A stretch of DNA of 64,000 nt from an uncultured Pelagibacteraceae bacterium (GCA_902535745.1 CACAUR010000003.1:8747-72746), one strand, 5' to 3'. Positions 1 through 11,033 are shown, counted from the stretch's first letter. Notes: a model not told the origin generated them from the sequence alone. Numbers and translations are program-made.

Positions 1-198
1 TATTTAAAAGTTCCAATAAATTATTTTTTTGAAGATTATTCAGAATACCTTATAAACGCTGATAAAATTAAAGAAGGTCACATGAACGTAAACTATAATT
101 TTTTAGTTAAGGTATATTCTGAACTCACTAACGATCAGAAAATAAAATTTAGCAAAAATTTACAATCACTTAACGTTGGAATACAAAAGACTGGTTAA
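1..198 (+). CDS. 3' part of a probable XRE-family HTH transcriptional regulator (truncated by window start)
   Basis: Frame 1 is open from base 1 to TAA at 196-198. It reads YLKVPINYFFED..., like the 'L.VP..YFF' end of alphaproteobacterial XRE HTH domains. Confidence 0.55.
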   Translation, partial: YLKVPINYFFEDYSEYLINADKIKEGHMNVNYNFLVKVYSELTNDQKIKFSKNLQSLNVGIQKTG

Positions 199-200
199 TT

Positions 201-276
201 TGGCTCCTCGGGCAGGACTCGAACCTGCGACCAATTGATTAACAGTCAACTGCTCTACCAACTGAGCTACCGAGGA
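201..276 (-). tRNA. tRNA-Asn (GTT)
   Basis: Reverse complement TCCTCGGTAGCTCAGTTGGTAGAGCAGTTGACTGTTAATCAATTGGTCGCAGGTTCGAGTCCTGCCCGAGGAGCCA: cloverleaf, GTT anticodon, encoded CCA. Confidence 0.97.
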
Positions 277-327
277 ATGTAAAAATCAAAACTTACTTTT
301 TTTTTACTTGAAAACAACTCTTTTTTT

Positions 328-401
328 TGGAGGTAACGCCCGGAATCGAACCGGGATACAAGGATTTGCAATCCTCTGCGTAACCATTCCGCCACGTTAC
401 C
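328..401 (-). tRNA. tRNA-Cys (GCA)
   Basis: Reverse complement GGTAACGTGGCGGAATGGTTACGCAGAGGATTGCAAATCCTTGTATCCCGGTTCGATTCCGGGCGTTACCTCCA. Confidence 0.97.
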
Positions 402-517
402 GTTAAATCTGATTATAAACAATTTATAAGATGTTTATATATGAAATATTCCATCAAATTCAATCAGAATTTGTTTATTGTTAAATACGTTTATTGAATT
501 ATAAACTATAAACACCA

Positions 518-3136
518 ATGAGTTCAGAAAAATATACACATTCTAAAGTAGAAAATAAGATTTACTCTTATTGGGAAAAAAAAGGTCTCTTTAAACCCAA
601 AAAAAATAAAAAAAAGTATTCTATTGTAATTCCACCACCAAATGTCACTGGAAGTCTTCATATGGGTCATGCATTAAACAATACAATTCAGGATTTACTT
701 ATAAGATTTCACAGAATGAATAATTTTGAAACTTTATGGCAACCGGGAACAGATCATGCTGGAATTGCAACGCAAGCTTTAGTCGAAAGAAAACTTGAAA
801 GTGAAAATATTGATAAACAATCAATTGGTAGAGAGGCTTTTATTAAAAAAGTTTGGGATTGGAAAAAGGAGTATGGCGATATCATCATCAATCAGCTTAA
901 AAAATTAGGATGTTCATGTGATTGGTCCAGGAATGCATTCACAATGGATAAGAATTTGTCTGCATCAGTTATTAAAGTTTTCATAGATCTTTATAACAAA
1001 GGTCTTATTTATAAATCTAAAAAATTAGTTAACTGGGATACAGTATTAAAAACAGCTATATCTGATCTTGAGGTCGATCAAAGAGAAGTAAATTCAAAAC
1101 TTTATTATATCAATTATCAAATTGAAAATAGTTCAGAATTTATAACTATTGCAACAACAAGACCAGAAACAATGCTAGGAGACACAGCAGTTGCTGTTAA
1201 TCCTAAAGATGAAAGATATACAAATTTAGTAGGTAAAAATGTAGTTTTACCAATAACAGGGAGAAAAATAAAAATTATTCAAGATGATTATGCTGATCCA
1301 GAGCAAGGCTCTGGTGCAGTTAAAATTACTCCAGCACATGATTTTAATGATTATGATGTGGGTAAAAGAAATAAATTAGAGATAATAAATATATTCACAG
1401 AGGACGGGAAGATTAACAAAAATGCACCTAGTGATTATGTTGGTTTAGATCGGTTTGAAGCAAGGAAAAAAATATTAAATGAACTTGGTGACAAGCTTAT
1501 TAAAGAAGAAAATATTAAGAATAAAGTTCCTTATGGAGATAGATCTAACTCTGTTATTGAACCTTATCTTACAGAGCAATGGTTTGCAGATGCAAAAAAA
1601 CTATCAGTAAAAGCAAAGAAGATTGTAAAGAACAAAAAAACAAAATTTTTTCCCCCTAATTGGTCAAAGACTTATTTTCAATGGATGAATAATATTGAAC
1701 CTTGGTGTATATCAAGACAACTTTGGTGGGGTCATCAAATACCAGCTTGGTATGGACCTGATAAAAAAATCTTTGTGGCATCAAATTATAAAGAGGCAAA
1801 AAAACTAGCCAAAAAAAAATATAAGAAAGATGTAGAATTAGTAAGAGATGAAGATGTTTTAGATACATGGTTCTCATCAGGATTATGGGCTTTTGCTACT
1901 CTTGGCTGGCCAAACAAAAATGAATATCTAAAGAAGTTTTACCCAACATCAGTTTTAGTAACAGGTTTTGATATTATCTTTTTTTGGGTAGCCAGAATGA
2001 TGATGTTTGGAATGGAGTTTTTAAATAAACAACCATTTAAAGAAATTTATGTTCATGCATTGGTAAGAGATGAAAAAGGACAAAAAATGTCTAAGTCAAA
2101 AGGTAACGTAATTGATCCTTTGATATTAATAGATAAATATAGTGCAGATGCATTAAGATTTACTTTGCTATCAATGGCATCACCAGGAAGAGATGTAAAA
2201 CTATCTGAAGATAGAGTTAAAGGTTATAGAAATTTTCTAAATAAGCTTTGGAATGCAAACAACTTTTTGGCAATGAATAAGTGTGATTTTTCAAAGTCTA
2301 AAAAGGAGCCAAAAGTAAAATTAAATATAAATAAATGGATTATTTCAGAGTTAAACACAGTAACTAAGCTTATTGAAAAGAATATTAATGACTATAGATT
2401 TGATGAAGCAGCAAGAAACATTTACCAATTTGTTTGGCATTCATATTGTGATTGGTATGTAGAACTATCTAAAACTATCTTGAATTCTAAAGAAAAGTCA
2501 TCAATTTTAGAGGTAAAACAGACATTAAGTTATGTTTTTAAACAAATTTTAATTCTTCTACATCCATTCATTCCATTTATTACAGAGGAATTATGGTTAA
2601 AAAATAAGCTAGATAAACCAAAAAATTATCTAATGTTTGCTAATTGGTCGAATAAAAAAGCAAATAAAGATAAACAAATTAAGGAAGTAGAGAATATAAT
2701 TAATTTGATTAGCCAACTTAGGGCATTTAAAAATGAATTAAATGTAAGTCCAGGATCTTTTGTAGATATGTCTATTTCGACCCTATCTAAAAATGATCAG
2801 TCGTTTATCAAAAAAAATCAAACTGTTTTAAAAAAACTTGGTAGGATAAATAGCTTCCTAGATACTGATAAAGATAAGGCATCAGCAAACTTAGTCATCA
2901 AAGGGGATATTTTTAAGATATATTTTGATCAATCAATCGATCTCTCTTTGATCAAAGAAAACCTTCTAAAAAGGCAGCAAAAATACCAAAGTGAGTTAGA
3001 TGGGATATCAAAAAGACTTTCTAACAAAAGTTTTGTAGAAAGAGCGCCAAAAAATATTGTTGATCAGGAAAAAAATAACTATAGTAATCTAAAAAAAGAT
3101 ATTGATAAAATATCAATCACTATAAAAGGTTTATAA
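518..3136 (+). CDS. valS: valine--tRNA ligase
   Basis: [13 protein letters not shown] (HIGH-like) and KMSKS motifs, [12 protein letters not shown]-terminal coiled coil. Confidence 0.98.
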   Translation: MSSEKYTHSKVENKIYSYWEKKGLFKPKKNKKKYSIVIPPPNVTGSLHMGHALNNTIQDLLIRFHRMNNFETLWQPGTDHAGIATQALVERKLESENIDKQSIGREAFIKKVWDWKKEYGDIIINQLKKLGCSCDWSRNAFTMDKNLSASVIKVFIDLYNKGLIYKSKKLVNWDTVLKTAISDLEVDQREVNSKLYYINYQIENSSEFITIATTRPETMLGDTAVAVNPKDERYTNLVGKNVVLPITGRKIKIIQDDYADPEQGSGAVKITPAHDFNDYDVGKRNKLEIINIFTEDGKINKNAPSDYVGLDRFEARKKILNELGDKLIKEENIKNKVPYGDRSNSVIEPYLTEQWFADAKKLSVKAKKIVKNKKTKFFPPNWSKTYFQWMNNIEPWCISRQLWWGHQIPAWYGPDKKIFVASNYKEAKKLAKKKYKKDVELVRDEDVLDTWFSSGLWAFATLGWPNKNEYLKKFYPTSVLVTGFDIIFFWVARMMMFGMEFLNKQPFKEIYVHALVRDEKGQKMSKSKGNVIDPLILIDKYSADALRFTLLSMASPGRDVKLSEDRVKGYRNFLNKLWNANNFLAMNKCDFSKSKKEPKVKLNINKWIISELNTVTKLIEKNINDYRFDEAARNIYQFVWHSYCDWYVELSKTILNSKEKSSILEVKQTLSYVFKQILILLHPFIPFITEELWLKNKLDKPKNYLMFANWSNKKANKDKQIKEVENIINLISQLRAFKNELNVSPGSFVDMSISTLSKNDQSFIKKNQTVLKKLGRINSFLDTDKDKASANLVIKGDIFKIYFDQSIDLSLIKENLLKRQQKYQSELDGISKRLSNKSFVERAPKNIVDQEKNNYSNLKKDIDKISITIKGL

Positions 3137-4854
3137 TGAAGAAATTTAATAAGAAGAAATTACCAAGTAGACACACATCTTTAGGACCCGATAAGGCTCC
3201 ACAAAGGTCTTTTTATTACGCAATGGATTTGACCGAAAAAGATGTAGCAAAACCTTTTGTTGGTGTTGTTTCAACATGGAACGAGGCAGCTCCTTGTAAT
3301 ATTGCTTTAATGAGACAAGCACAATCAGTTAAAAAAGGAGTTCATCAAGCAGGCGGCACACCAAGAGAATTTTGTACGATTACGGTTACAGATGGAATAG
3401 CAATGGGTCACGAAGGAATGAAATCTTCATTGATTTCACGAGATGTAATTGCAGACTCAACTGAATTAACTGTTAGAGGACATTGTTATGACGCTTTAGT
3501 TGGCGTTGCAGGATGTGATAAATCTTTACCAGGCTTAATGATGGCAATGGTTAGATTAAATGTACCAAGTGTCTTTATCTATGGTGGTTCAATATTACCG
3601 GGTAGATTTAACGGAAAAGATGTAACAGTTGTTGATGTATTTGAAGGAGTTGGAAAATTTTCTTCAGGAAAAATGTCAGCACATGCATTGAGAAAACTAG
3701 AACTTAAGGCTTGCCCAAGTGCTGGAGCTTGTGGAGGACAATTTACAGCAAATACTATGGCATGTGTATCTGAGGCAATAGGATTAGCATTACCATATTC
3801 AGCTGGAACACCAGCGCCATACACACAAAGAGATTCTTATGCTTTAAAAAGTGGTAAAGCGGTAATGAATTTATTAGCAAAAAATATAAGACCAAGAGAC
3901 ATTGTTACAAAAAAATCTTTAGAAAATGCTGCAACAATTGTTGCTGCAACAGGTGGTTCAACTAATGCTGCTTTACATTTACCTGCACTTGCAAATGAAG
4001 CAGGAATTAAATTTGATTTAATGGATGTAGCTAGGATATTTAAGAAAACACCTTATCTTGCAGACTTAAAACCTGGTGGAAAATATGTTGCAAAAGATAT
4101 GTGGAAAGCTGGTGGAGTTCCAATGCTTTTAAAAACTTTATTAGATGGTGGTTATATACACGGTGATTGTATGACAGTTACAGGTAAAACAATGAGACAA
4201 AATTTAAAAAATGTTAAGTTTAATAAAAATCAAAAAGTAATGAGAACACACAACCAACCATTATCTCCTGATGGAGGTGTCGTTGGTTTAAAAGGAAATT
4301 TAGCACCCGATGGAGCAATTGTTAAAGTTGCTGGATTAAAGAAATTACAATTCACAGGTAAAGCAAGGTGCTTTGATACAGAAGAGGCTGCTTATAAGGC
4401 AGTTAAAAATAAAAAATACAAAGACGGTGACATTATAATTATTAGATATGAAGGGCCAAAAGGTGGACCAGGCATGAGAGAAATGCTTCAAACAACTGGA
4501 GCAATTTATGGACAAGGTAAAGGTGAAAAAGTTGCACTTATAACTGATGGAAGATTTTCAGGTGCAACGAGAGGATTTTGTATAGGTCATGTAGGACCTG
4601 AAGCATCAGTTGGAGGACCAATAGCCCTACTTAAGAATGGAGACATCATAGATTTAGATGCTAAGAAGGGTACAATTAATGTTCGTTTATCTAGAAAAGA
4701 ATTAGCGAAAAGAAGAAAGAAATGGAAACCAAAGAAAATTAATTTTGGTAATGGAACACTTTGGAAGTATGCTCAAACAGTTGGTCCAGCTTACCTAGGT
4801 GCACCTACGCACCCTGGAGCAAAAGAAGAGGTTAGAACATACGCTGATATTTAA
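3136..4854 (+). CDS. ilvD: dihydroxy-acid dehydratase
   Basis: [40 protein letters not shown] and TDGRFSG motifs. Confidence 0.97.
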   Translation: MKKFNKKKLPSRHTSLGPDKAPQRSFYYAMDLTEKDVAKPFVGVVSTWNEAAPCNIALMRQAQSVKKGVHQAGGTPREFCTITVTDGIAMGHEGMKSSLISRDVIADSTELTVRGHCYDALVGVAGCDKSLPGLMMAMVRLNVPSVFIYGGSILPGRFNGKDVTVVDVFEGVGKFSSGKMSAHALRKLELKACPSAGACGGQFTANTMACVSEAIGLALPYSAGTPAPYTQRDSYALKSGKAVMNLLAKNIRPRDIVTKKSLENAATIVAATGGSTNAALHLPALANEAGIKFDLMDVARIFKKTPYLADLKPGGKYVAKDMWKAGGVPMLLKTLLDGGYIHGDCMTVTGKTMRQNLKNVKFNKNQKVMRTHNQPLSPDGGVVGLKGNLAPDGAIVKVAGLKKLQFTGKARCFDTEEAAYKAVKNKKYKDGDIIIIRYEGPKGGPGMREMLQTTGAIYGQGKGEKVALITDGRFSGATRGFCIGHVGPEASVGGPIALLKNGDIIDLDAKKGTINVRLSRKELAKRRKKWKPKKINFGNGTLWKYAQTVGPAYLGAPTHPGAKEEVRTYADI

Positions 4855-6056
4855 TGAAAATTAGACCAGTTATTCTATGCGGAGGAGCAGGTACTAGACT
4901 GTGGCCTAAAAAATCTAAACATCAAGCAAAACAGTTCATAGATTTTGGCGGTTGGACTTTAATTAACAAAACTTTTGAAAGAGTTAAAAGTAAAGTTTTT
5001 GACTATCCAATTATAAGCACTAATTCAAAATATCTTAGTGATGTAAAAAAGGCTTTAAAGAAAAGTAAAATTAAAAAATATAAGATTATTTTAGAGCCAG
5101 CAAAAAAGAATACTGCTCCAGCAATTTTAGCATCAGCACTGATTAAAGATGTGCCGTATAATCAGCCTTTAATGTATTTTGCTGCAGATCATTTAATTGA
5201 AAAACCAAATAAACTAATAACAGCTATTAATAAAAATAAGTCAAATTTAGACGAAAAAAATGTATTTATTTTTGGAATAAAACCAACGAGCCCTTCTAGT
5301 GAATATGGATATTTCATTACCAAGAAAAAAAAGAACATTAATAAAGTCACTAGATTTATTGAAAAACCAAAAGTCTCTAAGGCAAAACAAGTAATTAAAC
5401 AAAAGGGATATTGGAATTCTGGAATGTTTTTTTTGAGAAAAGACTCAATTATTAATAATTTTAAGAAATATCAGCCTAATATTTTTCGAAACTGTAACAA
5501 AGCTGTAATAAAAGCTAAATATAAAAGCAATGTGTATTATTTAAACAAACAATTATTTTCTAAAGCTACAGCAAAATCGTTTGATTATGCGATACTAGAG
5601 AAAACTAAAAATATCAATGCGATCAAGCTTGATATTCCATGGTCAGATCTAGGGAGCTGGAAAGAAATATGCAAAATGTACGGAAAGATTAAAAATAGAT
5701 ATTTTAAAAAGAAAAACGTATTTCATAGACCATGGGGCAGCTACACAAACTTATTTAAAGGCAAAGAATTCTTAATTAAAGAATTGTATGTGAAATCTAA
5801 AGGTATTTTAAGTCTTCAAAAACATTTCCATAGAGCAGAACACTGGGTAGTTACTCATGGAATTCCAAGAATTACTCTAAATAAAAGCAAATTCTTAAAG
5901 AAACCTGGTGAAACTATTTATATTCCATTAGGAGCTGTTCATAGAATTGAAAATCCATTTAAAAAACCGGTAAAAATTATAGAAGCACAAATAGGCTCAA
6001 TCCTTAAAGAAACAGATATTGTTAGATATCAAGACATTTATGGCCGTGTTAAATAA
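4854..6056 (+). CDS. manC: mannose-1-phosphate guanylyltransferase / mannose-6-phosphate isomerase (shortened)
   Basis: ILCGGAGTRLWP, FIEKP, WNSGMF, WSDLGSW; C-terminal cupin RPWG...LSLQKHFHRAEHW. Confidence 0.88.
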   Translation: MKIRPVILCGGAGTRLWPKKSKHQAKQFIDFGGWTLINKTFERVKSKVFDYPIISTNSKYLSDVKKALKKSKIKKYKIILEPAKKNTAPAILASALIKDVPYNQPLMYFAADHLIEKPNKLITAINKNKSNLDEKNVFIFGIKPTSPSSEYGYFITKKKKNINKVTRFIEKPKVSKAKQVIKQKGYWNSGMFFLRKDSIINNFKKYQPNIFRNCNKAVIKAKYKSNVYYLNKQLFSKATAKSFDYAILEKTKNINAIKLDIPWSDLGSWKEICKMYGKIKNRYFKKKNVFHRPWGSYTNLFKGKEFLIKELYVKSKGILSLQKHFHRAEHWVVTHGIPRITLNKSKFLKKPGETIYIPLGAVHRIENPFKKPVKIIEAQIGSILKETDIVRYQDIYGRVK

Positions 6057-6072
6057 TTAACACGACCATAAA
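6037..6072. terminator. stem-loop between convergent genes
   Basis: TTTATGGCCGTGTTAA-ATAA-TTAACACGACCATAAA, a 16-bp near-perfect inverted repeat. No clean U tract follows it. Confidence 0.5.
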
Positions 6073-6079
6073 AATATAT

Positions 6080-7048
6080 TTAAAACCAATTATTTGGAAT
6101 TATCACGTAATGAATTGCAAGAACTATGCCTACTGAAACGGTTAGGCCAAATACCATTTTAAGAAAATCTTTTCCAATTAATGGAAAGACATATCCTAAT
6201 TTATAGTCCCTATTCATTGTAGCGATTGCAAGCTCTCTTCCACATAATAAACCAACAAAGACCCATGTTGTCGACATTGGAAGGTCGTTAAGTTCTTTAA
6301 AGTAAAATAAGACTGCAGCATATATAACGTTAATTATTGTTGCTGACCGAGCGTATCTAGTACCAGTTTTTTCTAAAACTACTGTTTGAATACGTCCTCC
6401 TTGAATATAAAAGATGTAAAATAACAATATCGTGAAATAAGCCATCACAATAATTAATAACTCAATACTTAATTGTCTTGGCAAATACACAGCTATATTA
6501 GCTACATCATGTGATAACCAGACCCACCATAACCAGCCTGATGTTACCCATACAGAATTTCTCCAAAAAGAAATCCAAAAATCACCTTTTACTTCATCAA
6601 ATTTTTCGTTAATAAATCTGGAAACCACTATCCAACAAACATAAGCAACCATTGCAGCTAATCCATAACCCACAACACTTTTCATGAGCATTTTCTCCAA
6701 AACTACAGTCGAAGCAAAAGCTGAAAGCACTAAAAAAGTTGTTGATACCGGAATACCCACTCTTGTAAGAACTAAAAGTATTGCTGGTGCAACAGCATGA
6801 TACCATTGGATTTCTTGATAAGGAATTCGAGTTAGTCTTCCATAAGATATGTCTCCATTGTAGCTATACCAACCCCATGCTAAAGCAAGTATCATTACAA
6901 AAGATGCTGCAGAGGCTAAAACATACCATTTAAACCATTTCTGTTTAGATGCTATGAAAGTTCCCAATGTTTGAATTGAGTCGTTTCCTATTACACTGTA
7001 TCCAGCAAGGCCAAAGCCAATTACTGTATAAATCAAAGTCATTTCCAT
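6080..7048 (-). CDS. polytopic membrane protein, distant PiT/PHO4 (phosphate/sulfate permease)-like
   Basis: Many TM segments. Duplicated PiT-like signatures: GNDSIQT...PVSTT and HDVANI...PMSTT. Confidence 0.6.
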   Translation of the reverse strand: MEMTLIYTVIGFGLAGYSVIGNDSIQTLGTFIASKQKWFKWYVLASAASFVMILALAWGWYSYNGDISYGRLTRIPYQEIQWYHAVAPAILLVLTRVGIPVSTTFLVLSAFASTVVLEKMLMKSVVGYGLAAMVAYVCWIVVSRFINEKFDEVKGDFWISFWRNSVWVTSGWLWWVWLSHDVANIAVYLPRQLSIELLIIVMAYFTILLFYIFYIQGGRIQTVVLEKTGTRYARSATIINVIYAAVLFYFKELNDLPMSTTWVFVGLLCGRELAIATMNRDYKLGYVFPLIGKDFLKMVFGLTVSVGIVLAIHYVIIPNNWF

Positions 7049-7212
7049 TTTTTTTCTCCCTTTATATTATTGTTTTCGGTTCCATCGATTCATGACTTGA
7101 GTATTGTTTAAACTATGAAATTTTATTTACTACAGTGAAAATTTATTTATTTGGGAATCAATACGGGGATTGGTCTTAAATAGACTATCTATAAAAGATG
7201 TCTAGAAAATCT

Positions 7213-7434
7213 TTAAAATACAACTGAATAAATGCCAATTAAAAATAGTGGTATTTGTAAGCCGAAATTTGTCATTATAGCTTTGTCTTTCGCTAAAAAT
7301 CCAGCAACTGTCCAGCCTACAACTCCTAATCCATGAAAATATATATTAAGTGGATATATATTTAGATTAGTTAAAAGAATGCCAACTAAAACTAGAAATG
7401 TGCTTATCCATTTAAGGTATTTTTTTACAAACAT
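7213..7434 (-). CDS. small membrane protein (3 TM), function unknown
   Basis: Hydrophobic ORF. The likely start is MFVKK at 7434, preceded by AAGGAGG on the minus strand. Confidence 0.7.
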   Translation of the reverse strand: MFVKKYLKWISTFLVLVGILLTNLNIYPLNIYFHGLGVVGWTVAGFLAKDKAIMTNFGLQIPLFLIGIYSVVF

Positions 7435-7485
7435 ATTTTCCTCCTTAATTTGCAATATATAGATTTTTTGATTATTTCTTAATAT

Positions 7486-7869
7486 TTACTTACACTTTTT
7501 GCACAGACCAAAAAATTCAAGATTATATTTTTTGTATTTCATGCCTATTTTATCTGCAAAACTACTTAAGTATTTTGATATTTTTGAATTATCAATTTCT
7601 GTTACTTCCTCACAGCTTTCGCAGATTGAAAATGCTGCAGCTTTTGAAACTTTACAATTTGAATTTTGACAGGCAACGAAAGCATTTTTGCTCTCAATCT
7701 TATGTATTTTTCCCATCTCTATCAATTTATCTAAAGCTCTATAAACTTGCGGAGGAGCCTTGATACCTTTTTTTTGGACATTAGATAGAATTGTGTAAGC
7801 CTTTAAAGGTTCTGATGACTTGTTGATAATGTCGAAAACTATTTGCTGGTTTCTAGTAAGTGTTTGCAT
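7486..7869 (-). CDS. zur: Fur-family zinc uptake regulator
   Basis: LTRNQ..., PPQVYRALDKL, CESC and CKKC zinc site; lies downstream of znuCB. Confidence 0.88.
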   Translation of the reverse strand: MQTLTRNQQIVFDIINKSSEPLKAYTILSNVQKKGIKAPPQVYRALDKLIEMGKIHKIESKNAFVACQNSNCKVSKAAAFSICESCEEVTEIDNSKISKYLSSFADKIGMKYKKYNLEFFGLCKKCK

Positions 7870-7893
7870 AAATATTATATTATCATTTTCTAA

Positions 7894-8697
7894 TCAATTT
7901 TTCAATTTTATGGTTTGCTTAATTTTGAATAATGAAATTACAAATAATATTAAAGCAGCTGTTATAATTGAAGGACCAGAGGGAGTATTAAATTTTAAAG
8001 ATGAAAATAAACCTAAAAATACTGATAATAAACCCCCTATAATTGAAAAAAGAACCATTTTTTTTGGAGTATCTGAAAGGTTTCTTGCAAAAGCGGCAGG
8101 TATAATTAACATTCCAGTTATTAATAACAAACCTATCATTTTGATTGATAATGCAATCACAGCAGCCATCAATAAAGTAAATATTGCTTTAGCAATATCT
8201 GGTTTTAGACCTTCTGCTTCAGCTAATTCATAGTTTACAGTTGAAGCAAACAATGGTTTCCAAATAAATCCTAAAGTTAATAGGATTAATATCCCTCCTA
8301 TCCAAATAACCAAAAGGTCATTGGTTGTTACAGCCAAAATATCTCCAAACAACAAACCCATAACATCAAATCTTATAAAAGATAAAAAACCAATTGCCAC
8401 CAGTCCAATTCCTAAAGATGAATGAGCCAAAAGTCCTAAGAGAGCGTCTCCAGGTAAGTTAGTCTTTTTCTGAAGTTGTATTAAGAATAAAGCAATAACT
8501 GATGCTGTTATAAAAACTGATAAAGCTATATTAAATTCTAAGGAAAGGGCAATCGTTACGCCAAGTAAAGCAGAATGAGCTAGTGTATCTCCAAAATAAG
8601 ATAATCTTCTCCAAACAACAAAACAACCAAGCGGTCCAGTAATAAAGGCAACTCCTATTCCTGCAACTAAAGCTCTTATGAAAAAATCATCAAACAT
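7894..8697 (-). CDS. znuB: zinc ABC transporter permease
   Basis: GCFVVWRRLSYFGDTLAHSALLG and LFGDILAV motifs. Confidence 0.94.
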   Translation of the reverse strand: MFDDFFIRALVAGIGVAFITGPLGCFVVWRRLSYFGDTLAHSALLGVTIALSLEFNIALSVFITASVIALFLIQLQKKTNLPGDALLGLLAHSSLGIGLVAIGFLSFIRFDVMGLLFGDILAVTTNDLLVIWIGGILILLTLGFIWKPLFASTVNYELAEAEGLKPDIAKAIFTLLMAAVIALSIKMIGLLLITGMLIIPAAFARNLSDTPKKMVLFSIIGGLLSVFLGLFSSLKFNTPSGPSIITAALILFVISLFKIKQTIKLKN

Positions 8698-8698
8698 A

Positions 8699-9448
8699 TT
8701 AATTTTTTTGTTTTATCTTTCCATCATCTGTGTGTTCATGATCGTGCTTATGCTCATAAATTGAGAGTGTTTGAGACGCTTGGTCACCAAACAAAGCTTT
8801 GTACTCTTTATCTTTTGCAACATCTGTTGGAGAACCAGAACAACAAACATGACCATTTAAACAAACAACATGGTCCGTAGCACTCATAACCATATGTAAG
8901 TCGTGTGATATGAGTAAAATACCGCAATTTAATTTTTCAGATATTTTTTTGATAAGCTCATATAAAGCTATTTCTCCTGTAAAATCCACGCCTTGGACAG
9001 GTTCATCAAGAACTAATAAATCTGGTTTTTTGGAAATTGCTCTTGCAAGTAAAACTCGTTGAAATTCGCCACCAGATAAATTGCCTAAATTTTTATTTAC
9101 AAGGTGATTTACTCCTGTCAATGATAGCGCTTCTTCAATTTCATCAGCGCTAAGGTTTTCAGTTAAAACCATAAAATCTGCAACTCTTAATGGTAAAGTC
9201 CAATCAATAGAAATCTTTTGAGGAACGTATCCAATTTTATTAGTAAACTTTTCTACCGAGCCTTCGTAATTTTTATAAATACCAAGAGCTATTTTAGCTG
9301 TCGTACTCTTACCAGAACCATTAGGACCAATTAAAGTTATTATTTTTCCTCTGTTTACTTCTAAAGAGACACCTTTAACAAGCCATTTTTCGTCTTGTTT
9401 TATTCCCGCATCTTTTAATCTTACTAGTGTGTTTTTATCTAAGCTCAC
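8699..9448 (-). CDS. znuC: zinc ABC transporter ATP-binding protein
   Basis: Walker A GPNGSGKST, LSGGEFQR, LDEP, VCCSG, His-rich tail; GTG start. Confidence 0.94.
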   Translation of the reverse strand: MSLDKNTLVRLKDAGIKQDEKWLVKGVSLEVNRGKIITLIGPNGSGKSTTAKIALGIYKNYEGSVEKFTNKIGYVPQKISIDWTLPLRVADFMVLTENLSADEIEEALSLTGVNHLVNKNLGNLSGGEFQRVLLARAISKKPDLLVLDEPVQGVDFTGEIALYELIKKISEKLNCGILLISHDLHMVMSATDHVVCLNGHVCCSGSPTDVAKDKEYKALFGDQASQTLSIYEHKHDHEHTDDGKIKQKN

Positions 9449-9469
9449 TTTAATTTCCCTATTGACTTT

Positions 9470-9504
9470 ATGTTACTTTATTACATAATGTTATTTTATA
9501 ACAA
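9470..9504. promoter_or_regulatory. two tandem Zur boxes in the znuC/znuA divergent promoter
   Basis: ATGTTACTTTATTACAT (9470-9486) and ATGTTATTTTATAACAA (9488-9504) resemble the TGTTATnnnATAACA Zur palindrome. They overlap TTGACT(9462)...CATAAT. Confidence 0.75.
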
Positions 9505-9544
9505 TAAACTTAAACTTATAAACTAACAATAATCCCTTTAAAAT

Positions 9545-10573
9545 ATGACAAATCTAAAAAAATTACCAATCATACTATTCATACTTTCTTTTTTTACTTT
9601 CTTTTCTTCAGTAAATGCTGAAATAAAAGTTGTAGCATCAATTAAACCCATACATTCATTAGCTTCTTATTTAATGGATGGGGTAGGCAAACCAAAATTA
9701 ATCGTTGATGGCTATGCTTCTCCTCATGGATTTTCATTAAAACCATCCCATGCAAAAATGTTACAAGAAGCAGATATTGTATTTTGGGTTGGTGAAGACA
9801 TAGAAAATTTTTTAGAAAAGCCATTAGGTTCAATAGCAAAGAATGCTGAAAAAATTGAACTATTAGATATCAAAGGATTGAAAAAGTTAAAGTTTAGAGA
9901 AAGAAATGTATTTGAAGGTCATGACGACCACGGCCACAAAGAAGATGACCATGATGATCATGCCAAAAAAGAAGATGATCATGATGACGAACATAAAGAT
10001 GAACACGGCCATGATGATGATCACAAAAAAGATGGTCATGACGAACACGGTCATGAGGGCCATGCTCATGGAGAGTTTGACCCACACATTTGGTTAGATC
10101 CTCTAAATGCTAAAGTAATTTTAAAGGAAATGACTAAACATTTAATAGAGAACGATCAGAAGAATGCTTCTGTTTATAAAGATAATTTAAAAAAGGCTAA
10201 TAAGGATTTAGATAAGTTAGTAAAACAAGTAAAATCAGAATTAAATAAAGATTTTAAATCTATAGTTTTCCATGATGCTTACCAGTATTTTGAAAAAAGG
10301 TTTAAAGTAAACGTTTTAGGTGCATTCACAGTAAATACAGATGTCCTACCTGGAGCAGAACAATTAAAAGAAATTAGAGAAATAATTGAACATGATAAAG
10401 TTACATGTGTATTCTCTGAACCTCAATTTAATCCAGACATTATTAATGCAGTAGCAAAAGATATGAATATAAGTACTGGTGTACTTGATCCATTAGGCGC
10501 TACTTTAACTCCAGGTAAAAACTTGTACTTTGATTTGATAAAGAATATGTCTAAATCATTCAAGGGTTGTTAG
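9545..10573 (+). CDS. znuA: zinc ABC transporter periplasmic binding protein
   Basis: Signal peptide, VVASIKPIHSL, SPHGFSLKPS, long His/Asp-rich loop, DPHIWLDP, FHDAYQYFE. Confidence 0.95.
   Translation: MTNLKKLPIILFILSFFTFFSSVNAEIKVVASIKPIHSLASYLMDGVGKPKLIVDGYASPHGFSLKPSHAKMLQEADIVFWVGEDIENFLEKPLGSIAKNAEKIELLDIKGLKKLKFRERNVFEGHDDHGHKEDDHDDHAKKEDDHDDEHKDEHGHDDDHKKDGHDEHGHEGHAHGEFDPHIWLDPLNAKVILKEMTKHLIENDQKNASVYKDNLKKANKDLDKLVKQVKSELNKDFKSIVFHDAYQYFEKRFKVNVLGAFTVNTDVLPGAEQLKEIREIIEHDKVTCVFSEPQFNPDIINAVAKDMNISTGVLDPLGATLTPGKNLYFDLIKNMSKSFKGC
9918..10072 (+). repeat. low-complexity repeats encoding the ZnuA His/Asp-rich loop
   Basis: Imperfect tandem units such as AAAGAAGATGA(C/T)CATGATGA, encoding KEDDHDD twice plus GHDEHGH. 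Confidence 0.85.
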
Positions 10574-10585
10574 ATTTAAAGTTAC

Positions 10586-10963
10586 CTAAAGAGTAATAAC
10601 TTGGTCTGGAGGATTTGATCCAAGAGCAGTATATAATTGAGGAAAACATCCTGCTACTACTCCATCAACTAATCCTTTTGCTTTAACTTCTCCACTACCA
10701 CATTGTTCAAATGTACCATCTGCTAAACCTCTTCTAACAGCACACTGGTCACAGACCATTAAAAGCATACCCTTTTCTTTAGCAATTTTTGCTAATCTTT
10801 CACCTATTGGGTTTCCTTTTTGAAGACAAAAAAGATTGTCATCAAAGAAAAACATTCCCAAAACATTAACAAGGTGTTTGTTATCTTCTAATTGAGGCAG
10901 TATCATCGTACTTAATTGATAAGTACTTGCCATATTGTTTCTAAAAACATACGCAACTTTCAT
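10586..10963 (-). CDS. DsrE/SaoD-like protein
   Basis: MKVAYVF..., MILPQLE, GMFFFDDN, CDQCAVRRG and AGCFPQLY fit a DsrE-fold family; AGGAG Shine-Dalgarno upstream. Confidence 0.7.
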   Translation of the reverse strand: MKVAYVFRNNMASTYQLSTMILPQLEDNKHLVNVLGMFFFDDNLFCLQKGNPIGERLAKIAKEKGMLLMVCDQCAVRRGLADGTFEQCGSGEVKAKGLVDGVVAGCFPQLYTALGSNPPDQVITL

Positions 10964-11014
10964 AAATATCTCCTTTAGATTTTTATTTGTAGTTATTGAT
11001 TAAATTAATATCAT

Positions 11015-11033
11015 AGTGTTATATTATAACACT
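11015..11033 (-). promoter_or_regulatory. perfect palindromic Zur-type box inside the promoter of the DsrE-like gene
   Basis: AGTGTTATA-T-TATAACACT. On the minus strand it fills the spacer of TTGACA-N17-TATGAT. Confidence 0.75.

Noticed and set aside
7049-7212. Possible Pho box upstream of the PiT-like gene
   Set aside because: The TTTCAC/TTTCAT half-sites are 20 bp apart rather than on an 11-bp period, and they match the consensus poorly.
9887-10097. Three short Met/His-rich ORFs in other frames
   Set aside because: They are shadows of the low-complexity ZnuA His loop.
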